Source: the human T2T-CHM13v2.0 reference genome, Homo sapiens. Taken from it: a stretch of DNA of 64,000 nucleotides. Numbering within the stretch: position 1 is the stretch's first letter; each line of letters begins with the position of its first letter. The stretch lies in NCBI RefSeq assembly GCF_009914755.1, contig NC_060947.1; one strand, written 5' to 3'. The notes beneath the pieces were generated by a model. That model searched no databases. It saw only the letters and a program-made list of their open reading frames with translations, and was not told the DNA's origin. A program made the position numbers and the translations under genes. This document shows positions 13,804 through 24,885 of the stretch, in pieces.

Positions 13804-14883
13804 TGCCTTCCCCATTAATTATGTACTAGTACTATTTATGCCTGAACATACATTATACACTTATGTCTTATTGTACATTAAATTATGTCCCCCATGAATA
13901 TTAAGCAGGTACATAAAATAACAACCCATCATATGTTAAATTAATCCATACGGAATCACTGTTTTTCCATATGAATATTGTCCACTACAGTGTTTTCTCA
14001 TGATACCACATAGGACATTTTATTATTGCTCATACATAGTACATATAAGTCAAGTCATTTCTTGACAACATGCTTATCACTTCCAACAAAATTTCTTACC
14101 TATCAAGCCTCGACAAACCAGCAACCCACTCAGGAAATGTCCCTTTCCCCTCTCCAGGCCCATGAAACTTGGGGTTTCTAAAGTAAAACTATATCTGGCA
14201 TCTGGTTCTTACTTCAGGACCATAAGATCAAGATTGCCCAGTTGTTCTTCTTAGATAAGACATTTTGATGTATTAGTGACTAGCTGCCTCATGATCACTC
14301 ATGAATGCACTGCCATTCATTTGATATTTCTAAATTTTGGGTGATGATATGACTCAATATGGCTGAAAAAGCCTAGGCCCAGTCAATTTCATTGTAGCTG
14401 ACCTTAAATTGACTATTACACGTTCACATTGTAAGCATAAGTTGATAATTTATTTATGCTTGATGGACATAATAAAAATAAGATACAAACAGGCACACAT
14501 AGACATGCACACAGGAATTATTTCTAGACACATGTATGATTAACTCTGCAACCTCCCCTCAACCCCAGGTTAATATAATTAATACAAGTCTTTTATTCTT
14601 AAAAAAAGCAGGAAATCTTATACTTACCATCTATGGCGAGGCCTCACATATACCTATTTATAATTTAATTGATTTTAAATCCAACTGTAACTTTGACTAG
14701 AATTAAATTTTAGCCAAATTCCCAATTAAAGCATTTTCAAAAACTGCAATTTTTAAATAAAATATAGGCTTTCTGGGCTAAAAATTTTCCTTTTTCTTTA
14801 CAAAGTTACTAAAAATAACCTCAGTACTAGCATAGCACTTCAGCTTACTATTTTTTCCCCAAGAGGGATTTCTCCAGATTTAA
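13804..14883 (+). pseudogene. NUMT mitochondrial control region (D-loop)
   Basis: ETAS-like TATGTCTTATTGTACATTAAATT...CCCCATGAATATTAAGCAGGTACAT; central block GGCATCTGGTTCTTACTTCAGGACCAT (~14197); CSB1-like TTTATGCTTGATGGACATAA (~14453); CSB2-like AACCTCCCCTCAACCCC (~14550). Confidence 0.9.
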
Positions 14884-14954
14884 GTTAGTGTAGCTTAATA
14901 TGGTAAAGCAAGGCACTGAAAGTGCGTAGATGAGTTCATGTAACTCCATAAACA
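14884..14954 (+). pseudogene. MT-TF: NUMT tRNA-Phe pseudogene
   Basis: GTTAGTGTAGCTTAA...AAAGCAAGGCACTGAAAGTGCGTAGATGAG...ACTCCATAAACA, with a GAA anticodon loop. Confidence 0.9.
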
Positions 14955-15911
14955 CACAGGTTTGGTCTTGGCCCTTTTATTAATTTTTAGTACAGTTGCA
15001 CATTGAAGCTTCCACATCAGAGTGAGAATCCTCTTTAGATTATCATAGATCAAAAGGAGCAGGCATCAAGCACACTAACTGTAGCTCATAACACCTTGCT
15101 CAACTACGCCCCCACGGGAAACAGTAGTGATAAAAATTAAGCAATAAATAAATGTTTGATTAAACTATACTGATTTTCCTTGGGGTTGGTAAATTTTGTG
15201 CCTGCCACCATAGTCATACGATTAACCCAAATTAATAAAACCCAGCGTAAAGCATGTTTAAGATTCTTACCTCAATAAAGCTAAAGTTTAAGCCATAAAA
15301 AGCTACAGCTAATATAAAAATAATCTATGAAAATGACTTTACTGTACTGAGAACATGATAGTTAAGACCCAAACAGATTAGATACCCTACTATGCTTAGC
15401 CATAAACCTAGATAACTTATTAAATGAAGTTATTCACTAGAGTACTACAAGAAACAGTTTAAAACTCAAAGGATTTGGTGATGCTTTGTAGCTCTCTAGA
15501 GAAGCCTGTTTTATAATTGGTAAACCTAGATAAACCTTATCATCTTTTGCTAATTCAGTCTATATACCATCATCTTCATCAAATCCTAAAGAGGACTTAA
15601 AGCAAGCACAAGTAAATACATAAAAATATTAGGTCAAAAGTGTAGCTTCTGAGATGGAAATAAATAGGCTACAGTTTCTAATCTTAAAATATTCATGACA
15701 ACTTTTATGAAATCTAAAGGCTAAAGGAGGATTTAGTAGTAAATTAAGAATAGAAAGCTTAACTGAATAGGGCCATGGAGCACACACACACTTTCCACCA
15801 TCTTCCTCAAATATCCCAATAATACTACATTTGTAATAAACAAAAATTTATATATCAGAGGAGAGAAGTCATAACAAGGTAAGTGTACTGGAAAGTTTGC
15901 CTGGAATAAAT
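14955..15911 (+). pseudogene. MT-RNR1: NUMT 12S rRNA pseudogene (full length)
   Basis: AGGTTTGGTCTTGGCC; CCCCACGGGAAACAGTAGTGATAAA; GATTAGATACCCTACTATGCTTAGCC; AAGGAGGATTTAGTAGTAAA; AAGTCATAACAAGGTAAGTGTACTGGAAAG. Confidence 0.95.
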
Positions 15912-15980
15912 CATAATATGGCTTAATCTAAAGTACCCGGCTTACTCCTGGGAGATTTTACATTAACGTGACCACTTTGA
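15912..15980 (+). pseudogene. MT-TV: NUMT tRNA-Val pseudogene
   Basis: CATAATATGGCTTAA...CCCGGCTTACTCCTGGGAGATTT...GACCACTTTGA lies between 12S and 16S, with a TAC anticodon. Confidence 0.85.
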
Positions 15981-17010
15981 ACTAAAGCTAGCTGCAACCC
16001 CTAATAAATTAAACTGCAATAATTATTTAAACTAAAACATTTATCCAAAAATTTAAAGTATAGAAGATAGAAATTCATTTAGGTGCTATAGTTAAAGTAT
16101 GGGAAGGGAAAGATGAAATAGCAATTCCAAGTACAAAAAAGCAAAGCTCACCCCTTATACCTTTTGCATAATGAATTATCTAGAATAATTTCACAAAGAG
16201 AACTTCAGCCCAAACCCCTAAAGCCAGACAAGCTACTCACAGTTAAAAGAACATACTCAACTATATTACAAAATAATGGGAAGGTCTATGAATAGAGGTG
16301 AAAAGTTTATCAAGCCTGGTGATAGCTGGTTGTCTAGAACAGGATTTCAGTTCAACTTTAAATTTACCTACAGAGGCAGTAGATCTTAATGGAAATTTAT
16401 TTTATTTTATTGTTTTCCCAAAAAGTGGTCAAAATTACTGTCCTTTAATATAAAATGGTAAAAAAGAAAAGGAATAAAAACTCTGTAACACGAATTCTAA
16501 AATTTTAATAACACATTCAAAGACAAAAATATTAACCCATTCTAATAAATAGGGTATATTTAAATATTAAAATAGAACATTATTATAATCTGTAAAAATT
16601 CACCAAGCTATACACTTCTGATTTGCTTACTTTTTTGAATGCGTGTTATATTTCAATGCAAAGTTTACAAATATAAACAAATTTGATTTATTTGTGCCAG
16701 TGGATGTGCTATTTTACAGGTGAAAATGATGCCTTAACTTATTGAATAACATATTGTAAATATCCTTTGCAGGTTTGAAGTTGGGTCACAATTTCAAGCG
16801 ACTGTAATGCTGTTTTTGTTACTTCAAACTTTCTTTTAAACCACCATGGCACATGTATACCTATGTAACAAACTTGCACATTCTGCACATGTATCCCAGA
16901 ACTTAAAGTAAAATAAAAAAAGAAAGCTTAATGTAAATTTAAATGTTATTCTAAAGAGGAATAACTCTTTTGACATAGGAAACAACCTTACTTAGAGAGT
17001 TAAACACTAC
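15981..17010 (+). pseudogene. MT-RNR2: NUMT 16S rRNA 5' part, interrupted at 16400-16926
   Basis: CCCCTTATACCTTTTGCATAATGAATT; AAGCCTGGTGATAGCTGGTTGTC; AGTTCAACTTTAAATTT. The sequence resumes at 16927 with GTAAATTTAAATGTTATTCTAAAGAGGAATAACTC. Confidence 0.9.
16400..16926 (+). mobile_element. Chimeric retro-insertion: ~440 bp non-L1PA DNA (containing an L1ME-like 3' end at ~16590-16670) plus an 89-bp L1PA7/8-type 3' stub
   Basis: Flanked by the 15-bp TSD CTTAATG(G/T)AAATTTA (16385-16399 / 16927-16941). The stub AAACCACCATGGCACATGTATACC...CCCAGAACTTAAAGTAAAATAAAAAA occupies 16838-16926. Confidence 0.8.
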
Positions 17011-19905
17011 GCAGATAGAACACTAGACAGAAAGTCAATAAGGTAACAGAAAACTTTAACAATTTACAAAACAATGAGACTTAATGGACATATATAGAAC
17101 ATTCTACTCAGCAACAGCAGAATACACATTCTTTACATGTGTATGTGGAATATTGCCCAGACTTGACTACATGTTAGACTGAAAGACAAGTCTCTAAATT
17201 TTAAAAGATTAAAATTATACTAAGTATCTTTGCCAACTATAACAGAATCAGTAACACAAATAAAATGAAGAAATTCACAAATGAATGAAATAGAACAATA
17301 TACTCTTACACAACAAACTGGACAAAAAGGAGTGACATAATTACAAATGAAATTAGAAAATATTTTGAGGTGAATGAAAATGAAAACAGAACAAATCAAA
17401 ACCCATGGGGGGCGGGGGGTGCAGTGAAAGCAGTTCTCAAAAAGAAATGGATAGCTTTCAATGCTTACATTAGAAAAGAAGAATGATCCCAACTTAACAA
17501 CCCAACTTTACACCTTAAAGAACTAGAAAAAGAAGGGCAAGCTAAATCCAAAGCTATCAGAAGGAAAGAAACAGTGATTAGAGTGGAGATAAAACAGAGA
17601 ATAGAGAGCAATAGAATCAATGAAACCAAAATCTTTCTGAAAAGATCTACAAAATTTACATACTTTAGCTAGACTGGGCAAGAAAAAAGAGAAAAGCCTA
17701 CAATTATTAAAATCAGAAATGAAACTTGGGATATTACTACAGACTATAAAAAAAGGGATTTTAATAGAATAATATAAACAATTGTATACCAACTAAATAT
17801 ATAACCTAATAAAATGTTTACATTTCTAGTAAGACATAAATGAACAAAAGTGTCTCAAGAAAAAAATGAAAAATCTTATTCTACCTTTACAAAGTAAAGA
17901 GGTAGAATCAGAAATCAAAAATCTCCTAACGAAGGAATCCCAGGATCAGGTGGCTTCACTGGTGAAATCTAGCAAACAGTTAAAGAAGAATACCAACCCT
18001 TCTCAAACTTTCCCAAAGAATAAAAGAGTAAGTAACATCTCACAACCATTCTATGAGGCCAGTGCTCCCCTGATATTAGAATCAGACAAAGACATCTGAA
18101 GAAAAGAAAATTACAGACCTTATGAATATACATCCTGAATAAATACTAGCAGAAATCTTGAACAAAATACTAGCAAACAAATCCAGTAGTATATTTAACA
18201 GTATTGCACATCACAAGTAAGTGGGATTTATCCAAAAATTACAAGAATGGCTTAACATACAAAAATCAACCAATGTAATATACCATGTTAATAGAATAAA
18301 GGGGAAAACATCCCATGATTATATTAATTAGTGCAGAAAAAAACCATTTGACAAAATCCCACACATTTTCATGATAAAAAAATTTTAAAACTAAGAATAA
18401 AAGAGATATTCTCAGTAGCATAAAAGGCACACATAGAAAATTCACAGCTTACATTTTACTCAATGATGAAACACTAAAACCTCTTCCTCTAAGATCAGGA
18501 ACAAGGCCTAGGATACTTGCTTTTACCACTGTTATCTAACATTATAGTTAAAGTTCTAGCCAGTGCAATTAAGTAAGAAGAAAAATAAAAGGTAAGCAAA
18601 TGGGAAAGGAAAACATGTATATCTATACACAGATGACATCATCCTACGTATAGAAAATCCTAAACATACTACAAAAAAGAAACTGTTACAGATAATACAT
18701 AAATTCAGGAAAGTTGCAGTAACTTAGATCGCCACATAAAAATCAATTGTATTTCTATATACTAGCAATGAACAACCTGAAATAAAATAAGAAAATTTCA
18801 TTTCCAAAAACATCAAAAAGAACAAGATATTTAGGGATAAATTTTATCAAAAAAGTACACGATTTGAACACTGAAAACAAAGTTTCTAAAAGAAATGAAA
18901 GAAGAAGAAAATAAATGGAAAGACATCCAGTATTCACTCCAAAGGGAGTGAATGCTTAATAGTTTCTTTTTGGGTTGATGAAAATATTTTGGAACTAGGT
19001 AGAGGATTGGAGATCTTAATATTGTTAAGATGGCAACATTATCAATGTGATCTAATGACTCAGTGCAATCCTTATTGAAATCACAACTGTCTTTTTTTTT
19101 TTCAAAAATGGCAAAAGTGATCCTGAAAGTCATATGAAACAGAAAGGGACCTGAATGTCCAAAATAATCTGATAAAGAAAAATAAAATTTGAAGGCTCAC
19201 ACTTTCTGGTCCCAAAACTTACTGCAAAGCTACAATAATCAAGAGTGTAATGTTGATATAAGGAGAGCCATATAGACTAACTGAATAGAATTTTGAGTCT
19301 AGAAATAAACCTCTTCATCTATGGTCAATTAATTTTCCACAATGGTGACAAGACCATTCAATGGGGAAAGGCTAGTCTTTTCAACAAATTGTGCTGGGAC
19401 AACTGGAGATTTGCATTCCAAACAGTGAAGCTGGACTCTCATGTCACACCATACAGGAAAATTAACTCTAAAACTACAACATTCTTACAAAAAAAGGGGT
19501 AAATCTTCATGACCTTGAATTTGATAATGGATTATTAGAAACAATATCAGAAGCATGGGCAGCAAAAGAAAGACAGATAAATTAGGCTTCATCAAAATTA
19601 AAATATTTTGTGCATCAGAGTTCACTATAAAGAAAGTGAAAACACATTCTACAGAATGGGAGAAAATATTTGCTAATTATATATCTGATAAAGGTCTACT
19701 ATGCAGTATCTATGAAGACCTCTTATAACTCAAAAAGAGACCAACAATGCAATTAAAAAATGGACAAAGGACTTGAATAGTCATTACTCCAAAGAAGATA
19801 TATAAATGACCAATAGTCACCTGAAAAGATGCTCAACATCTTGAGTCATTATAAATACACAATCAAAGTCACAATGAACCACTTTCCACTCACTGGCCTG
19901 GAGAT

Positions 19906-19988
19906 TATATATATGTGTGTATATATATATGTGTGTATATATATATATACACACATATATATATACACACACACATATATATATACAC

Positions 19989-20030
<42 letters not shown>
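19906..20030. repeat. Compound (TA)n/(TG)n/(CA)n microsatellite
   Basis: Directly visible dinucleotide runs. They generate several spurious low-complexity ORFs. Confidence 0.98.
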
Positions 20031-20034
<4 letters not shown>

Positions 20035-20568
20035 CCCCAAAAAACAGAAACAAACAAACAAAAACTGGAAAAGGGCAAGGGTTGGCAAGATTGTTGAAAC
20101 ATTGGAGCCCTTGTACGTTGCTGGTGGGGGTGTAAAATGATGTAGCTGTTTCAGAAAAAAGTTTGGTGGTTTCTCAAATAGTTAAGCATATAAGTAGCAT
20201 ATGAGTGAGCAATACCACTCCTAGTTATGTACCCCCAAACACTGAAAACAGGTATTCAAACAAATATTTGTACACAAATATTCACAGCAGAACTATTCAT
20301 AGTAGCTCAAAACAACCCAAATGTCCATCAGCTGATGAATGGATAAACAAAATGTGGCATGTCCCCTCAATAGAATATTATTCAGCCATAAAAAGGAATG
20401 CAATACTGGTGCATGCTACAAAATGAACAAATTTTGAAAACATTAAGCTGAGTCCAAGAAAAGAGACACAAAAAGTCATATATAAATGGAATGTGATTCA
20501 TATACAAAATATCCAGAATAAGTAACAGAAAGCAGACTAGTGGTTGTCATAGGCTGGTGGGAGGGGGA

Positions 20569-21113
20569 TGTTATATAAATGGGCCAGAGATGACCCCTGT
20601 GAATTAGCCTAACATGGTCCTCTATGTTGTTTTATTTTTCAAAGCAAGATATGACCATTAATACAAAGCCCACTGGTGCCAAACTCAAAATCACACGTAT
20701 TCAATTGCTTTAAATATAGTCCAAAAAGCCTCATATATTTAAGCATGTAGATCGATTTACTTTACATACTCACAAAACCACACCCCACATATGTTAATCG
20801 TTAGGTATAAAAAGACCCCTAATTGTTGCTGCCCTTTAGAACTGTGTCCCAGAGACTCCCCACTTGCTGCTGAGTGACATTACCTAGACATGTAAGTCCT
20901 CTCTCTGATTTTCCCTTCTCCCATAGGAGTTCCTTCACCCTATTCCTCTTATGAGTGGTAGCCTCATGCTGCTGTCTTTGATAAATATCTTGCTGGGAAG
21001 GGCTTCATCTCTCATGCAACCCTACCCAAGCACTGCCCCAAAAAAGTTGTGTGATACTGCCTTTTGTGGTCCTGTCTCTTCCTTGATCAATCCCCAAATC
21101 CCCAAACTTACCA
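20569..21113 (+). mobile_element. Solo LTR, ERVL class (MER54/MER73/MER74-like), in the L1MB 3' UTR
   Basis: TG...CA ends (TGTTATATAAATGGGCCAGAGATGACC ... CCCCAAACTTACCA). The L1MB 3' UTR is continuous on both sides. Confidence 0.65.
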
Positions 21114-22884
21114 AAGGGAGTGAATGCTTAATAGTTTCTTCTTGGGTTGATGAAAATATTTTGGCACTAGATAGAGGTGATGATTGCATAACATTGTCAA
21201 CACATGAAATGGTACTAAACTGTATAGTCTAAAATAGTTCGTTTTAAGGTATGTAAAATGTACCTCAATTAAAAAGGTTTCATATTCTATTATTGCATTT
21301 ACATAACACTCTAGAAGCAAAACAATTACTGAGGTAGAGAACATGTTCATGGTTGCCAAGAGCTAAAGATGGCAGTGTGAAGAGAGAGTAATAAGTGTGA
21401 CTATAAAAACAAAAGTCTTTAAAAATAAAAAAAAGAATTAGGGAACTGAGCAGATATGGGCCATATGGGTAGTGAGAGTAAATAGGTCATAGATAGGCTG
21501 TATGGGTAGTGAGAGTGAATAGAAATGACCTGGAGCAGAATGTTGGAGTATGAGCGAGGTAATGAGAGTGTCTGCATGAAAAACCATGTAAGGGTGCATC
21601 AAGAAAGCCCTCACCAGACACTGAACATTAGTACCTTGATCTTGGATTTCCCAACCTCCAGACTGTAATAAATAACTTTCTGTTCATTATAAATTACCCA
21701 GACCATGCTATTTATTTATTTATTTTTCTTTTTCTTCCCCATGTGATGTGCAGGAAAGTCTATGGTATTTTGTTATAGCTGCGGAAATGAACTGAGAAAG
21801 AATTTGATACTGAGAAGTGAGATGTTGCTATAATAAGTACCTGAAACTGTGGAAGTAGCTTTGGAACTTAGTAATGAAGAGAGGCTGTAGGAGTTTGGAG
21901 GTGCATGCTAGAAAAAGCCTAGATTGCTGTGAGTGGAGTGTTAAGGCTAAATCTGGAGAGGGCTCAGAAGAAGACAGCTGTAGAGGGAGCCTAAATTTTC
22001 TTAGAGATTATGTAAGTGGTCCTGATCAGAAATATGGACAGCAAGAGCCATTCCAATGAAGTCTTAGACAGGAATGAGGAGCATTTTATTGGAAACTGGA
22101 GGAAAGGCCATTCTTATTCCAAAGGGTCAAATAACTTGGCTGAATTGTGTCTATATCCTAGTACTTTGTAGAAGGCAGAACTTAAGTGTGATGAACTAGG
22201 ATATTTGGTAAAATAAATCTCTAAGCAAAGTATTCAAGGTACTAGATGGCTTCTCTTGACTGCTTATGCTAAAATGTGAGAAGGGAGAAATAATTTAAAG
22301 ACAGAATTTAATATCAAAAGGGAAGCAGAACTTAGAGTTGAAAAATTCTCAGCCATTAAAAAATGAGAAAACACGTTCAGGAGAGAACACCAGGGATGTG
22401 GCCAAGTAACCCCTTAATGAGGAGGTTAGTATGGATAGTAGGAAGGCAGAAGTTATCCATCAAGACAATGGAGGAATACCCCAAAAGCATTCTGTATATC
22501 TTCAAGGCTGCCACTCCCATCAAAGCTCCAAGGTGCCAAGGTCTTGAGGGCAAATGTTTTCAAATGAGGGGCCTAGAGTGCTTGTGAGACCTTGGGGATT
22601 GCTGACAAGGGCCACCTTAAATTTCTGCTCCACACATGGGCACAACCCCTTTTAACCACCATCCCAGCTGAAGCTGAATCGGGCACAGATGCAGCTTTGG
22701 CTGCAGCTTCAGAGGGCACAAGCCATAAACTTTGGCAGTGTCCATATGGTGTTAATTCTGCAGGTGCACAAAGTGCACAAGCTATGGAGGCATCTACCTA
22801 GACTTCAAAGACTGTCCCTGACAACTTTGGGGACCAGGTGGAAAACTGCCATGGGGCAGAGCTGCTGCAGAGAACCCCCACTAG

Positions 22885-23630
22885 TGATGCAGGAATTTTC
22901 TTGGTCACTTTCACAGCTGGGACCTCCAGTGATGTCCTCACCACCCTGGCCTTACTGAAACCCAGGCCTGCTGCTGGAGGCACCCCACCCACTCAGCCCA
23001 CCTGGGCCAAGTCTGGCTTGCACACTGGTTCAGCCTGCAGCTGGGCCGGGAGCACCCCAGCCCACCTGTATAATAGCTTGTACCCGCATTCGGTGCTTCC
23101 CAAGCTCTTGTTGTGCTTCCCAAGCTCTTGTCCTGCATCCAAGAAGAATGAGGATATGCTGACAGTTGAAGGATGAGGATCGGCATATAAGAATTTTATT
23201 GAGTGGTGGAACACCTCTCAGCAGAGAGGGGATGTGGTGATGAGGGGTGGTGGTCACCCACTCGTGCAATCTGGTGGTTTTTTTTCTCAGTGTGGCTGGG
23301 TCCAGGTCTTTTTATGGATTCAGAATGGGGAGTGCGTGCTGATTGTTTTTGTGAGGATGCAAAAAAGATTAAAGCAAAGTTACCACTCAAAGGTGGGCAT
23401 GACAGTGTAGAAAACCAATTAGGAAACAGTAGGTATATGTAAAATAGGCGAAGGGTGGGGATCAATCAGAGGAAAGTGCACCATATGGGAAGACAGATTC
23501 TCAATGTGGTTCAAGGATTTAAGTTGTAGCTTGGCTTTTCGGCTTTAAACTATCTTTGGCTTGGAGGCAAGGTTTCACCAGGGACCCACCTTTATCTGCC
23601 TAGGCATTTGACTGCCTCCTGTCACCATCA
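22885..23630 (-). mobile_element. ERV1 solo LTR (LTR27/LTR28/MER52 group) inside the MaLR internal region
   Basis: TGATG...CATCA termini, 4-bp TSD CTAG/CCAG, and reverse-strand poly(A) signal TTTATT near 23194. Confidence 0.75.
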
Positions 23631-24297
23631 CCAGGGCAATGTCCAGAGAAGTGATGGGGTCAAGGCCAACACCAATAGCTCCTACAATGGCAAAGCCTAG
23701 TGAAATTGTGGGGGTAGGACTGCCCCTGAAGACCCCAGATCTGTAGAGCCACCAGAGTGTAACACTGGCCTGGGTGAGTTGCAGACACCTGAGTTCAACC
23801 TGTGAAAGATGCCGCATGGGCTGCATTTGGTAAAGTCACAGGGACAGGGCTGCCTGGGGCCTTCTGGGCCCAACCCCTGCCTCAGTATGTCAAGAAGGCA
23901 GAATATGGAGTCAAAGAAGATCTTTATGAAGCCTTGAGAGGTAATGTTCTTTGACTTATTGGATTTGGGACTCACTTGATATCTGCTATCCTTTTATTCT
24001 TTTCTATTTCTCCTTTTTGGAATAGGAATTTCAATCATATGCTTGTCCCACCATTGTATTTTGGAATCACATAACTTGTTTGATTCCACAGGCTCATTGC
24101 TAGAGAGGGAATTTTCCTCAGAATGAATCATACCTGGAATCTCACCCATATCTGATTTAGATTATATTTAGATGAGACTTTGAACTTGGACTTTAAAGTT
24201 GATGCTGGAATAATTTAACTCTTGAGGGTAAGTGGATGAAATAAATATATTTTGTATGTGAAGAAGGCATGAATTTTGGGGTTCCAGATATGGAATA

Positions 24298-24885
24298 TGG
24301 AAACTCAAAATAAAATTCAAATGCCCCCCAACCATCTGAAAAGACTTCCTCCTCAGCCAGGACTTTTTTAAAATTTAACCTGAGAGACTGTTTCAGGCCA
24401 TGATGGGAAGTGGGAATTGAACATGCTTCATTATACCTCTCCAACATTAACATCAACACAGACTAAGTCTGATAAGAAACTTTTACAACCTATTCTCTCT
24501 AAAGCCTAATACCTAAAGGTTTCCTCAGCAAACAAGAACTTGGGACTCTATAATCCTTTATCTTAACCCAGGCATTCCTTTCTATTGATCCCATGTCTTT
24601 AGATAAACTTAACCAATGGTCAACCAGAAAAAATTTAAATCTACCTATAATCTGGAAGCCCCCACACTTCAAGTGCCTTTCTGGACCAAGCAAATATATT
24701 TCTTACATGTGTTTGATTGAAGTCTCACGTCTCCGTAAAATGTATAAAACCAAACTGTACCCCAACCACCTTGGACACATGTTCTCAGGACCTTCTGAGG
24801 GCTGTCTCATGGGCATGGTCACTCATATTTGGCTCAGAATAAATCTCTTCAAATATTTTACAGAGTTTAATTCTTTCCATCGACA
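24298..24885 (+). mobile_element. MER4 family (MER4D-like) solo LTR
   Basis: Ends ...GGTCACTCATATTTGGCTCAGAATAAATCTCTTCAAATATTTTACAGAGTTT...TCGACA. Perfect 4-bp TSD AATA at 24294-24297 and 24886-24889. Confidence 0.85.

Larger units (their letters stand above)
13072..17010 (+). pseudogene. Ancient NUMT (nuclear mitochondrial segment): ND5 3' end-ND6-tRNA-Glu-CYTB 5'-control region-tRNA-Phe-12S-tRNA-Val-16S 5' part
   Basis: Recognisable mitochondrial gene order and motifs (see sub-features). It is decayed, embedded in L1 DNA and interrupted at 16400-16926. Confidence 0.95.
17011..21275 (+). mobile_element. Old L1MB-type ORF2 and 3' UTR (3' part of the host element)
   Basis: Decayed ORF2 (IYGQLIF...WGK.SLFNK.CWDNW). 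The 3' UTR GATGAAAATATTTTGGCACTAGATAGAGGTGATGATTGCATAAC...TACCTCAATTAAAAA is L1MB-like. Confidence 0.8.

Noticed and set aside
14884-16399. Functional rRNA/tRNA genes or mitochondrial contamination
   Set aside because: There are many substitutions in conserved motifs, CpG decay, a retro-insertion and L1 flanks. This is a nuclear pseudogene.
19817-20140. Cluster of Tyr/Ile/His/Thr-rich ORFs
   Set aside because: These are translations of a dinucleotide microsatellite.
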